DNA from: Comamonadaceae bacterium
Lineage (GTDB): Bacteria > Pseudomonadota > Gammaproteobacteria > Burkholderiales > Burkholderiaceae_C
DNA length: 64,000 bases
Direction of reading: 5' to 3'
Assembly: GCA_947453965.1 (NCBI GenBank)
Contig: CANGIQ010000001.1
Span: forward strand, 52,060 to 116,059
Positions 25,704-34,897 of this stretch are shown here, in pieces (the stretch's first letter is position 1; each line of letters starts with the position of its first letter). The translations under genes were made by a program, and so were the position numbers. Below the pieces are notes generated by a model. The model did not search any database and was not told the origin of the DNA. It saw only the letters and a list, made by a program, of their open reading frames with translations.

Positions 25704-27242
25704 ATGAAGAACCACAACCTGTATGCGGCCTTGCGTGCCGCTTTCCCCCAAGACTTGAACGCCACAGCGGTGGAGACCGACGACGGCTTGCACTACAGCT
25801 GGTCTGATTTGGAACGCGCCAGCGCCATGCTGGCCAATTTGCTGGACTCACTCGGTGTGCCCAAGGGCTCACGCGTGGCCGTGCAAGTGGAAAAGTCGGT
25901 CGAAGCCATGATGCTCTACCTCGCGACTTTGCGGGCGGGCTATGTGTTTTTACCGCTCAACACGGCTTACCAAAGCGCTGAGATTGAATACTTCATCGAA
26001 AACGCTGAACCCGCCGTGGTGGTGTGCAGCGGCAAAAACTTTGGCTGGGTCAGCAAGATCGCGTTCAAAGCGGGCACACAACATGTATTCACCTTGAACG
26101 ATGACCGTAGCGGCAGCTTGCTTGAGCGTGCCGTGCATTGTGCCGACCAGCACACGGTGGTGCACAACCAAGCCGACGATTTGGCCGCCATCCTCTACAC
26201 CAGTGGCACCACAGGCCGCAGCAAAGGCGCGATGCTTTCGCACGGCAACATGCTGAGCAATGCCCAAACCTTGAAAGACTACTGGGGTTGGCAACCTCGG
26301 GATGTGTTGATTCACGCCTTGCCGATCTTCCATGTGCATGGCTTGTTTGTCGCTATTCATGGGGCCTTGCTCAATGGCAGCAAGATGATTTGGCTGTCCA
26401 AGTTCGACCCCCAATTCGTCATCGCCAAGATGCCCGAGGCCACCGTGTTCATGGGCGTGCCCACCTTGTACGTGCGCATGTTGGCCGAGCCCACGCTGAC
26501 ACGCGCGCAAGCCGCACACATGCGCTTGTTCATCGCGGGTTCTGCGCCGTTGTTGATCGAAACCTTCAAGGAATGGCAAGACCGCACGGGCCACACCATC
26601 TTGGAGCGCTACGGCATGAGCGAGACGGTGATGCTCACCTCCAACCCCTATGCCGCCGATGCGCGCTACCCTGGTCAAACCGAACGGCGTGGTGGCACCG
26701 TGGGCTTCCCGCTGCCTGGCGTGAGCCTGCGTGTGCAAAGCGACGAGGGGTACGCCTTGCCTGTGGGTGAGATTGGTGGCATTCAGGTCAAAGGCCCCAA
26801 TGTGTTTGGTGGTTACTGGCGCATGCCTGAAAAAACCAAAGAAGAATTCACGGCCGATGGTTATTTCAAAACCGGCGATGTGGGCAAGGTGGACGAACGC
26901 GGCTATGTGACCATCGTGGGGCGCAGCAAAGACTTGATCATCAGCGGCGGCTACAACGTGTACCCGGCAGAGATTGAGGGTTACATCAACGACATGCCTG
27001 GCGTTGCTGAAAGTGCTTTGATCGGTGTGCCGCATCCAGACTTCGGTGAAGTCGGGGTGGCGGTGGTGATTGCCAAGCCGGGTGCTGCTGTGTCGGGTGA
27101 TGCGGTGATTGCGGCTTTGAAGTCGCAGTTGGCCAATTTCAAAATTCCGAAGAAGTGTTTTGTTGTGGCTGAGTTGCCGCGCAACACGATGGGGAAGGTG
27201 CAGAAGAACTTGCTGCGGGAGCAGTACAAAGGGTTGTTCTAA
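25704..27242 (+). CDS. malonyl-CoA synthetase / malonate--CoA ligase (MatB-like, AMP-binding family)
   Basis: 512 aa from the ATG at 25704. AMP-binding motif YTSGTTGRSKGA. Length, N-terminus MKNHNLYAALRAAF and the decarboxylase context fit MatB. Confidence 0.8.
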   Translation: MKNHNLYAALRAAFPQDLNATAVETDDGLHYSWSDLERASAMLANLLDSLGVPKGSRVAVQVEKSVEAMMLYLATLRAGYVFLPLNTAYQSAEIEYFIENAEPAVVVCSGKNFGWVSKIAFKAGTQHVFTLNDDRSGSLLERAVHCADQHTVVHNQADDLAAILYTSGTTGRSKGAMLSHGNMLSNAQTLKDYWGWQPRDVLIHALPIFHVHGLFVAIHGALLNGSKMIWLSKFDPQFVIAKMPEATVFMGVPTLYVRMLAEPTLTRAQAAHMRLFIAGSAPLLIETFKEWQDRTGHTILERYGMSETVMLTSNPYAADARYPGQTERRGGTVGFPLPGVSLRVQSDEGYALPVGEIGGIQVKGPNVFGGYWRMPEKTKEEFTADGYFKTGDVGKVDERGYVTIVGRSKDLIISGGYNVYPAEIEGYINDMPGVAESALIGVPHPDFGEVGVAVVIAKPGAAVSGDAVIAALKSQLANFKIPKKCFVVAELPRNTMGKVQKNLLREQYKGLF

Positions 27243-27307
27243 GTCGTTGTCTTCTTGTTTGCTGGGCTGGTTGGGTTATTGCGTCTCGTTCATCTTCTCG
27301 CGCTCCG

Positions 27308-27390
27308 CCAAGGCGAGCAGTCGGTATCCGCTGCGACTCCTTCGCTGCGCTCTTGATGTCGCCGCAGCGGATACCGACTACTCGCCTTGG
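27308..27390. repeat. long hairpin / palindromic element 1 (28-nt arms, 27-nt loop)
   Basis: CCAAGGCGAGCAGTCGGTATCCGCTGCG (27308-27335) pairs with CGCAGCGGATACCGACTACTCGCCTTGG (27363-27390). 27 of 28 positions are complementary. Confidence 0.85.
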
Positions 27391-27460
27391 CTTCGGGATG
27401 CGTGAGGCGAACTGATACTTTGCGTTGCATGTCTTCAGCGTGACGCGCAAGCGAACCCCC

Positions 27461-27540
27461 GATGCGGATGGGGCTGTGTGGCGGCTGACGATTTCTGGTA
27501 CCCCAGTATGAGGAAGCCGCCGCACAGCCCCATCCGCATC
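27461..27540. repeat. long hairpin / palindromic element 2 (26-nt arms, 28-nt loop)
   Basis: GATGCGGATGGGGCTGTGTGGCGGCT (27461-27486) pairs with AGCCGCCGCACAGCCCCATCCGCATC (27515-27540). 25 of 26 positions are complementary. Confidence 0.85.
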
Positions 27541-27565
27541 AGCGAGAGAAACAAAACAGCAACAC

Positions 27566-27599
27566 AAACAAAAAAGCCACTCCAAAGAGCAGCTTTTTC
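27566..27599. terminator. probable bidirectional terminator downstream of cphA
   Basis: A-run, AGCCACTC-caaa-GAGCAGCT (8 pairs on the minus-strand RNA, two of them G-U), then a T-run on both strands. Confidence 0.5.
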
Positions 27600-27631
27600 A
27601 TGGGTCAATCAAGGAGTGAGCTAGAAAAAAC

Positions 27632-30214
27632 TCACCCCGCCAAAGCCGCAGAGTTCACACGTTGCGTGATGTGTGCCAAAGCCTCTTCAACCTGGTCAAT
27701 CAAGATCAAGCACAAATCACCTTTTTGCAAACGCTCCATCGCACGGTCAATGGCCAAGAACTCGCCATGGATCTCGTCGATGTGGCTGGTGCGCTTGGCG
27801 CCGTCCAGGCCCTGGCGCAAGAGCTTGAGCACTTCACCGTCAACGCGGCCGCGTTGGCAGGCGTCTTGATACAGCACCACATCGTCGAAGGCTTCGCCAA
27901 TCAAACGGGTTTGTTCGCGGATGTCTTCATCGCGACGGTCACCGGCGCCGCTGATTACCACGCTGCGGCGCTGGGCGGGCAGGTTGGTCACGGCTTGCAC
28001 CAGGGCTTTGATCGCGTCGGGGTTGTGGCCGTAGTCGGCAATCACAGTCGCGCCTTTGTAGTCGAACACATTGAAGCGTCCGGGCACGGCGTTGCTGTCG
28101 CTCACAAAAGTGGCCAAGCCTTTGCAAATGGTTTTCCATGACACGCCCACAGCCCAGGCGGCGCCGATGGAGGCCATCGCGTTTTCAATTTGGAAACCAA
28201 TCGCACCGCTGCGGGTCACGGGCACTTCGGCCAAGGGAATGCGCACCGAGTGGTTGCCTTGCATGGCGACGATTTGTTCGTCTTCCACAAACAGCACGCG
28301 TTTGCCTTGGGCACGGTGGGTGGCAATCACCGGGTGATGTGCGTCCAAACCAAAAAAGATCACTTGGCCAGGGCAGTTACCCGCCATCGCAGCCACGATG
28401 GGGTCCGCAGCGTTGAGCACCGCCGTGCCCGAAGCGGCCACGTTTTGCACAATCACACGCTTCAAGACCGCCAGGTCTTCCACAGTGGAGATGTAGTTCA
28501 AACCCAGGTGGTCACCCATGCCGATGTTGGTCACCACGGCCACTTGGCAGCGGTCAAAGGCCAAGCCTTCGCGCAACATGCCACCGCGTGCGGTTTCGAG
28601 CACAGCGGCATCGGCATCGGGGTGCATCAACACATTGCGTGCGCTGCGTGGGCCGCTGCAGTCACCGCTGTCGGTTTGACGGCCGTTGACATACACGCCA
28701 TCGGTGTTGGTCATGCCCACCCGCATGCCGTTGGCACGCAAGAGGTGGGCGGTCAGACGCACGGTGGTGGTTTTGCCGTTGGTGCCGGTGACGGCAATCA
28801 CGGGGATACGACCGTCGTCGCCATCGGGGAACATGGTGGCGATGACGGCTTCACCGACATCGCGGCCTTTGCCAAACGAGGGGTTCAGGTGCATGCGCAA
28901 ACCCGGGGCGGCGTTGACTTCGACCACACCGCCGCTTTGTTCTTCGAGGGGGCGCAAGACCGACTCGCACACCACATCCACGCCACAAATGTCCAAGCCC
29001 ACCATTTGCGCTGCCGCGATGGCGCGCAAGGCGACTTCGGGGTGCACGTCGTCGGTGACGTCGGTGGCCGTGCCGCCGGTAGACAGATTGGCGTTGTTGC
29101 GCAAGATCACGCGCGCGCCTTTGGCGGGCACCGAGTTGGCGTCGTAGCCTTGTTCTTTGAGGCGTGCGATGGCGATGTCGTCGAAACGAATTTTGGTCAG
29201 CGAGGTCGCATGGCCTTCGCCACGGCGTGGGTCAGCGTTGACTTGATCGACCAGCTCGCGCACCGTGTTTTTGCCGTTGCCCACCACCAAAGGGGGTTCG
29301 CGTCGGGCGGCTGCCACGAGCTTGTTGCCGACCACCAGCAAGCGGTAATCGCTGCCGGGCAAGAAGCGTTCGACCAGGACCTCTTCACGGCAGGCACGCG
29401 CTGCGGTGTAAGCAGCTTTCACGCCTTCTTGGGTGGTGACGTTGACCGAAATGCCTTTACCTTGATTGCCATCGCGGGGTTTGACCACCACGGGCAAACC
29501 AATTTCTTGGGCGGCGGCCCAGGCGTCGGCTTCGCTGGTCACGGGGCGACCCAAGGGCACAGGCACGCCAGCGGCGTGCAGCAGCTTTTTGGTGAGCTCT
29601 TTGTCTTGCGCAATCGACTCTGCGATGGCGCTGGTGGAATCAATTTCCGCCGCTTGGATGCGGCGCTGCTTGCTGCCCCAGCCCAGTTGCACCAAGCTGC
29701 CTTCGGTCAAACGACGGAAGGGGATGCCGCGTGCAATCGCCGCATCGACGATGGAGCCGGTGGAGGGGCCTAAGCGCAGGTCTTCGTCCATGTCACGCAG
29801 TTCATGGATCGCGGCATCGACATCGAAAGTTTGATTGTTCAAGGCGGCCATGCACAACGCACTGGCCAGCTCCATGGCACGGCAACCCACTTCTTCTTGG
29901 GTGTACTCCACTGCTACTTGGAACAAGCCTGCTTCAGGCGTGGCCGTGCTGCGGCTGAAGGTCACAGGGCAACCGGCTTGAATCTGCAAGTGCAGGGTGA
30001 CCGCTTCCAATGCATGGGCCATGCTGAGCTTGGCCTTGCTGTCGGTGGGGTGCAAATTGCCCACACCGGGAAACAGGTTGCGCAAACGGTTTTCGAACTC
30101 GGTGTTGTGGCTCAGGTCGAGCTCAGCCGGTTCGCAGCGCACCATGGCTTCAACGGCGGTGTGACGGGTCCAGAGGTTAGGCCCACGCAGGGCGCGAATA
30201 CGAGAGACTTCCAT
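27632..30214 (-). CDS. cphA: cyanophycin synthetase
   Basis: 860 aa from the ATG at 30214. N-terminus MEVSRIRALRGPNLW, an ATP-grasp region, and a Mur-ligase-like domain with an intact P-loop VTGTNGKTTT. The start overlaps the upstream gene's stop (ATGA). Confidence 0.92.
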   Translation of the reverse strand: MEVSRIRALRGPNLWTRHTAVEAMVRCEPAELDLSHNTEFENRLRNLFPGVGNLHPTDSKAKLSMAHALEAVTLHLQIQAGCPVTFSRSTATPEAGLFQVAVEYTQEEVGCRAMELASALCMAALNNQTFDVDAAIHELRDMDEDLRLGPSTGSIVDAAIARGIPFRRLTEGSLVQLGWGSKQRRIQAAEIDSTSAIAESIAQDKELTKKLLHAAGVPVPLGRPVTSEADAWAAAQEIGLPVVVKPRDGNQGKGISVNVTTQEGVKAAYTAARACREEVLVERFLPGSDYRLLVVGNKLVAAARREPPLVVGNGKNTVRELVDQVNADPRRGEGHATSLTKIRFDDIAIARLKEQGYDANSVPAKGARVILRNNANLSTGGTATDVTDDVHPEVALRAIAAAQMVGLDICGVDVVCESVLRPLEEQSGGVVEVNAAPGLRMHLNPSFGKGRDVGEAVIATMFPDGDDGRIPVIAVTGTNGKTTTVRLTAHLLRANGMRVGMTNTDGVYVNGRQTDSGDCSGPRSARNVLMHPDADAAVLETARGGMLREGLAFDRCQVAVVTNIGMGDHLGLNYISTVEDLAVLKRVIVQNVAASGTAVLNAADPIVAAMAGNCPGQVIFFGLDAHHPVIATHRAQGKRVLFVEDEQIVAMQGNHSVRIPLAEVPVTRSGAIGFQIENAMASIGAAWAVGVSWKTICKGLATFVSDSNAVPGRFNVFDYKGATVIADYGHNPDAIKALVQAVTNLPAQRRSVVISGAGDRRDEDIREQTRLIGEAFDDVVLYQDACQRGRVDGEVLKLLRQGLDGAKRTSHIDEIHGEFLAIDRAMERLQKGDLCLILIDQVEEALAHITQRVNSAALAG

Positions 30215-32415
30215 CAGCCATTCATCCTTGCAACGTCTTGGGTTTTTTGTCCGTAATTTTTCAAGCCAGCGCGAATCAACAGAGGCGCAATGTCCAGCGA
30301 CCAAGCCGTGGCCACGGCTGCCAACAAGGTGCTGATGTGCAGGCCGTTCTTCAACAAGCGCGCGATCAGTTCCAGGTCAAGGTTGAACAGCGGGGTTTCT
30401 TGGTCGCCGCGCGCCAAGATCACATGGCCATCGCGGCAGAACACAGCGCGTCCCCCGGCTTGGCAATGCGCCACCACATGGGCGTTGTCGTGGGCTTTGG
30501 CATAAAACACCACCTCACCATCGCTGAGTTCGGCCAGGCTGACCACCGCGTCGTCTTCGGCGTTGAGCACCGCAGCGCCTTCGGGCAGCACCAAGTCAAC
30601 TTGGGTGCGCACTACGGTGCGCATTTGCTCGGGCGTTTGCGTGTCGTGCTGTTGAATCAATCCCTCATCGGTGCTGGGCATGTCGGTGACCACGCCGACT
30701 TTGCAACGGTCATAGGCCAAGCCTTCGTTCAAGATGTGCGCAGGCGTGGTTTCAAACACGGCGGCATCCAAAGCGCGGTTGATCAACAAGCGTTCGGAGT
30801 CATCAAAGCCCCGGGCATCGTTTTTGCCCAAATGCTGTTGGTCCATGAACAGCCCGTCTTTGCAGGCCAAGCCGGTGCGCTTGCCAGACAAGTGCAGCAA
30901 CCACGCCACCAATTGCGACAACTGTGTGGTTTGGGTGGTGCCTACGATGCCCACAACGGGAATGCGACCTGACTCGTTGGCGCCAAACAAATGTTCGACG
31001 ATGGCTTTGCCCACCGGGCGAGGCTGGCCCACGGCGGGTTTGACGTGCATCAGCAAGCCAGGGCCTGCATTCACTTCAATGATGGCACCTTGGGTTTCCT
31101 CCAGCGGGCGCGAAATGTCTTGCGTCACGATGTCGATGCCCGCAATGTCCAAGCCCACCACACGGGCGGCGAGGGTGGCCACAGCTGCGACATCGGGGTG
31201 GACCAAGTCGGTCACGTCGTTGTTCAGGTTGCCGTTGCGTTGCACCACGACCACGCGGTCCTTGGCGGGCACGCTGTTGGGTTCTAAACCTTGACGCTGG
31301 ATTTCGAGCAAGGACATTTCACCGCGTGCGCTGTGCAAACGGATGATGTCCAGCGGATAACCTTCAGCATCGCCACGGCGTGGGTCGATGTTGATTTGGC
31401 TGTCGATCAGTTGTTCGACCGTTGATTGACCATCGCCCACCACACAAGCAGTCTCGCCACGGGTGGCTGCGACCACCCGGTCGCCCACCACCAAGATGCG
31501 GTGCTCATCGCCACGCACATACCGCTCAACCAATACACCGCTGCCTTCTTTGTCGGCTGCAACCCAGGCCTTGCGCACACCGTCTTCGGTGTTCACATCC
31601 AAGGACACGCCCCAGCCGCGGTTGCCGTCCAGGGGCTTGACCACCACCGGCATGCCAATGTCTTGTGCGGCGGCCCATGCTTGGTCTGCGGTTTCCACAA
31701 TCTGGCCCTCGGGCACAGGAATGCCGCATTGGGTGAGCAAACGCTTGGTCAGGTCTTTGTCGCTGGAAATGCTCTCGGCGATGGCGCTGGTGCGGTCGGT
31801 TTCCGCAGTCCAAATGCGGCGCTGTTTGGAGCCGTAACCCAGTTGCACCAAATTGCCTTCGGTCAAGCGGATGAACGGTGTCTTGCGCTCAACGGCCGCA
31901 TCGACGATGCAGGCTGTGCTGGGGCCCAAGCAGCGCAAGTCGGCAATCTTTTTCAGGCGCTCAATGGTGGCGGCAATGTCATACGGCTTGTTGTTGGCGG
32001 CTGACATCACGAGTTCGCGCGCCGCCAAAAAGCTCTCACGGCCCAGTTCTTCGTGCTCGGTGCGAAACACCACTTTGTAGACGCCACGCTTGCTGATCTC
32101 GCGGGCTTTGCCAAACTCTGCGCGGGCACCGGCCAAGAGCTGCAATTCGATGGAGACGTGCTCCATGATGTGGCCCATCCAGGTGCCGCCGACCAAGCGG
32201 GTCAAAAAGCCCCCTCGATGGCCGACACCGCAGTGGTGCTCGACCAAGCCGGGCAGCCAGGCGTTGATGCGGTCGTTGAAGCCTGGGATTTTGTTGGAGG
32301 GGTGGTCTTCCATTTCACCCAAATCGATCAGCGCTTCGATGATGGGGCGGTAAGTCCAGATGTTGGGCCCACGCAAGTAGTTCATGCGCAGAATTTGGAT
32401 GTCTTGAAAGGCCAT
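30214..32415 (-). CDS. cyanophycin synthetase paralogue (CphA-prime type)
   Basis: 733 aa from the ATG at 32415. N-terminus MAFQDIQILRMNYLRGPNIWTY and the ATP-grasp region are collinear with CphA. The Mur-ligase P-loop position reads VGTTQTTQ instead of GTNGKT. Confidence 0.85.
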   Translation of the reverse strand: MAFQDIQILRMNYLRGPNIWTYRPIIEALIDLGEMEDHPSNKIPGFNDRINAWLPGLVEHHCGVGHRGGFLTRLVGGTWMGHIMEHVSIELQLLAGARAEFGKAREISKRGVYKVVFRTEHEELGRESFLAARELVMSAANNKPYDIAATIERLKKIADLRCLGPSTACIVDAAVERKTPFIRLTEGNLVQLGYGSKQRRIWTAETDRTSAIAESISSDKDLTKRLLTQCGIPVPEGQIVETADQAWAAAQDIGMPVVVKPLDGNRGWGVSLDVNTEDGVRKAWVAADKEGSGVLVERYVRGDEHRILVVGDRVVAATRGETACVVGDGQSTVEQLIDSQINIDPRRGDAEGYPLDIIRLHSARGEMSLLEIQRQGLEPNSVPAKDRVVVVQRNGNLNNDVTDLVHPDVAAVATLAARVVGLDIAGIDIVTQDISRPLEETQGAIIEVNAGPGLLMHVKPAVGQPRPVGKAIVEHLFGANESGRIPVVGIVGTTQTTQLSQLVAWLLHLSGKRTGLACKDGLFMDQQHLGKNDARGFDDSERLLINRALDAAVFETTPAHILNEGLAYDRCKVGVVTDMPSTDEGLIQQHDTQTPEQMRTVVRTQVDLVLPEGAAVLNAEDDAVVSLAELSDGEVVFYAKAHDNAHVVAHCQAGGRAVFCRDGHVILARGDQETPLFNLDLELIARLLKNGLHISTLLAAVATAWSLDIAPLLIRAGLKNYGQKTQDVARMNG

Positions 32416-32599
32416 AGTCAGATGTGTGTGTGCGACGAAGAAACCCAGACCGCATGCACCATGCCCAGAAAGCGCGCCACAGAGGGGGCGATACAATCAT
32501 TGGCATTCGATGTTGGGTGCAACAAGTTTCAGGCTCCTGCTTCTTTATCACCGACCTTCGTTCTCATTGAAAACAATCGGGTACGGCAAACTCATAAGA

Positions 32600-34897
32600 A
32601 TGAATTCTTCTTCTCTATCGGCTGTCGCCAAATCACTGTTGCCGCCTGTTTGGTCAGCTTCAGCACTGGCTCAACTCTCTCCACAAGAAAACGTTTTAGC
32701 TTGTCTAGAGGTTGACTTGAATGCCCAATTGCAGTTCGCACAAGGGCTTCTGATTGTGACAGACCAGCGCCTGCTTTCGGCCCAGCGCGGCGTCTCTTCT
32801 CAAGTTGAATGGTCTTCGTTTCCCCTGACGGCGGGCTTGAGCATGCAGCACACCGACTATGCCGGTGTGGGGACCTTGAGTTTGGTCAATTCCCAAGCCC
32901 GTTTGGCGAGCTGGCGCTTCACGCTCACGCACAACGTGACGGCCATGCGTTTGCAAGAAATTTTCGCGGCCCGCATCGAGGTGCTCACCCACGGCAAACC
33001 GTTGAAAGCCCAGGCAGATGCGCGTTGCCCTCAGTGCAAGCTCACGCTCGAGCACCCAGGCGACCCATGCCCGGTGTGCAGCCGCGAACAGCACGCGCCC
33101 TTGTCCACCTGGGGTCTGTTTCGTTTGTGGCGCTTTGCCAAGCCTTACCGTTGGCGTTTGTTGGCGGGCTTCTTGCTGACTTTGGCCTCGACCGCTGCGA
33201 CCTTGGTGCCGCCCTATATGACGATGCCGCTGATGGACGAGGTGCTGATTCCGTTCCAAAACGGCCAAGAAATTGACCGCGATTTGGTCATGCTCTACCT
33301 CGGCGGATTGCTGGGCGCTGCGGCCTTGGCCTGGAGCTTGGGCTGGGCAAAAACCTATATCTTGGCCTTGGTGTCTGAGCGCATTGGGGCTGACTTGCGC
33401 ACCACTGCCTATGAGCACCTGATGCGTTTGTCGCTGGAATATTTTGGCGGTCGCCGCACGGGCGATTTGATGAACCGCATTGGTGCCGAGACCGATCGCA
33501 TTTGTGTGTTCTTGTCGCTGCACTTGCTCGACTTCGCCACCGATGTGTTGATGATCTTGATGACCGCCACCATCCTCATCAGCATCGACCCCCGCTTGGC
33601 GGCAGCCACCTTGCTGCCTTTGCCGTTCATCGTCTGGCTGATCCACACCGTGCGTGACAAACTGCGCACGGGGTTTGAGAAGATTGACCGCGTCTGGTCC
33701 GAGCTGACCAATGTGCTGGCCGACACCATTCCCGGCATTCGTGTGGTCAAAGCCTTTGCCCAAGAGCGCCGTGAGGCCAACCGTTTCCGCGATGCCAACA
33801 AACACAACTTGGCGGTGAACGACCGCATCAACTTTGTCTGGTCCTTGTTTTCGCCCACCGTCACCTTGATGACCGAAGTCGGTTTGTTGGTGGTTTGGGG
33901 TTTTGGCATTTGGTTGGTGTCGCACCACCAAATCACGGTCGGTGTGCTGACCGCGTTCTTGGCCTACATCGGGCGTTTTTACACCCGCTTGGATTCGATG
34001 AGCCGCATCGTCTCGCACACTCAAAAAGCGGCGGCCGGCGCCAAGCGTATTTTTGAAATCCTGGACCACGTCTCCAGCGTGCCTGAAACCCATAACCCGC
34101 AAAAACTGCCCGTGCCGTTGCAAGGCCGCATCGACATTCAAGATGCAGGTTTTCGCTATGGCAATCGAGCGGTGATTCGGGGTTTGAACTTGACCATCCG
34201 TCCCGGCGAGATGATCGGCTTGGTCGGCCAAAGCGGTTCGGGCAAGAGCACCTTGGTCAACCTGATTTGCCGTTTCTACGACTTGAGCGAAGGCGCGATC
34301 AAGGTGGACGGCATCGACATCCGCAACATCGCGCTGTCCGACTACCGCAGCCACATTGGCTTGGTGTTGCAAGAGCCGTTTTTGTTCTTTGGCACCATTG
34401 CCGACAACATCGCCTATGGCAAGCCTGACGCCACGCGCGAAGAAATTGTGGCAGCCGCCCGTGCGGCCCACGCCCATGAGTTCATCTTGCGTCTGCCGCA
34501 AGGCTACGACTCCTTGGTGGGCGAGCGCGGTCAGGGCCTGTCAGGCGGCGAGCGTCAGCGCATTTCGATTGCGCGTGCCTTGTTGATCAACCCACGCATC
34601 TTGATCTTGGACGAAGCCACCGCCTCGGTGGATACCGAGACCGAGCAAGAAATTCAAAAGGCCTTGGACAACTTGGTGCAAGGTCGCACGACGATTGCCA
34701 TTGCCCACCGTTTGTCGACGCTGAACAAGGCCGACCGCCTAGTGGTGATGGAGCAAGGCGTGATGGTGGAAGAGGGCGACCACGACACCCTCATGGCCCA
34801 ACAAGGCGCGTACTGGCGCTTGTATGAAGCCCAAGCCAAAGGCGGCGAGGCTGCACCGGCTTCGCCCAGCCGTTCGCGTGACGAGGAGGTCTTATGA
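32600..34897 (+). CDS. ABC exporter (fused TMD-NBD) with an extra N-terminal domain of about 190 aa; cyanophycin-cluster associated
   Basis: 765 aa from the ATG at 32600. Walker A GQSGSGKST, signature LSGGERQR, Walker B ILILDEATA. The N-terminal extension carries CPQC-x10-CPVC. Confidence 0.85.
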   Translation: MNSSSLSAVAKSLLPPVWSASALAQLSPQENVLACLEVDLNAQLQFAQGLLIVTDQRLLSAQRGVSSQVEWSSFPLTAGLSMQHTDYAGVGTLSLVNSQARLASWRFTLTHNVTAMRLQEIFAARIEVLTHGKPLKAQADARCPQCKLTLEHPGDPCPVCSREQHAPLSTWGLFRLWRFAKPYRWRLLAGFLLTLASTAATLVPPYMTMPLMDEVLIPFQNGQEIDRDLVMLYLGGLLGAAALAWSLGWAKTYILALVSERIGADLRTTAYEHLMRLSLEYFGGRRTGDLMNRIGAETDRICVFLSLHLLDFATDVLMILMTATILISIDPRLAAATLLPLPFIVWLIHTVRDKLRTGFEKIDRVWSELTNVLADTIPGIRVVKAFAQERREANRFRDANKHNLAVNDRINFVWSLFSPTVTLMTEVGLLVVWGFGIWLVSHHQITVGVLTAFLAYIGRFYTRLDSMSRIVSHTQKAAAGAKRIFEILDHVSSVPETHNPQKLPVPLQGRIDIQDAGFRYGNRAVIRGLNLTIRPGEMIGLVGQSGSGKSTLVNLICRFYDLSEGAIKVDGIDIRNIALSDYRSHIGLVLQEPFLFFGTIADNIAYGKPDATREEIVAAARAAHAHEFILRLPQGYDSLVGERGQGLSGGERQRISIARALLINPRILILDEATASVDTETEQEIQKALDNLVQGRTTIAIAHRLSTLNKADRLVVMEQGVMVEEGDHDTLMAQQGAYWRLYEAQAKGGEAAPASPSRSRDEEVL

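Noticed and set aside
27308-27540. Possible mini-CRISPR, because of 26-28-nt repeats separated by 27-28-nt spacers.
   Set aside because: The repeats are inverted, not direct. The two pairs are unrelated in sequence, and there are no cas genes in the window.
27139-27585. 148-aa minus-strand ORF (and the 81-aa plus-strand ORF 27160-27405) covering the hairpin-rich intergenic region.
   Set aside because: They overlap the 3' end of matB, read straight through both palindromes (which forces mirror-image peptide segments), lack an RBS, and have odd composition.
32501-32522. Sigma54-like motif TGGCAT-N6-TTGGG in the cphA-prime / ABC divergent region.
   Set aside because: The spacing is one nucleotide off the GG-N10-GC rule and the -12 element reads GG rather than GC. 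No enhancer-binding protein gene is nearby.
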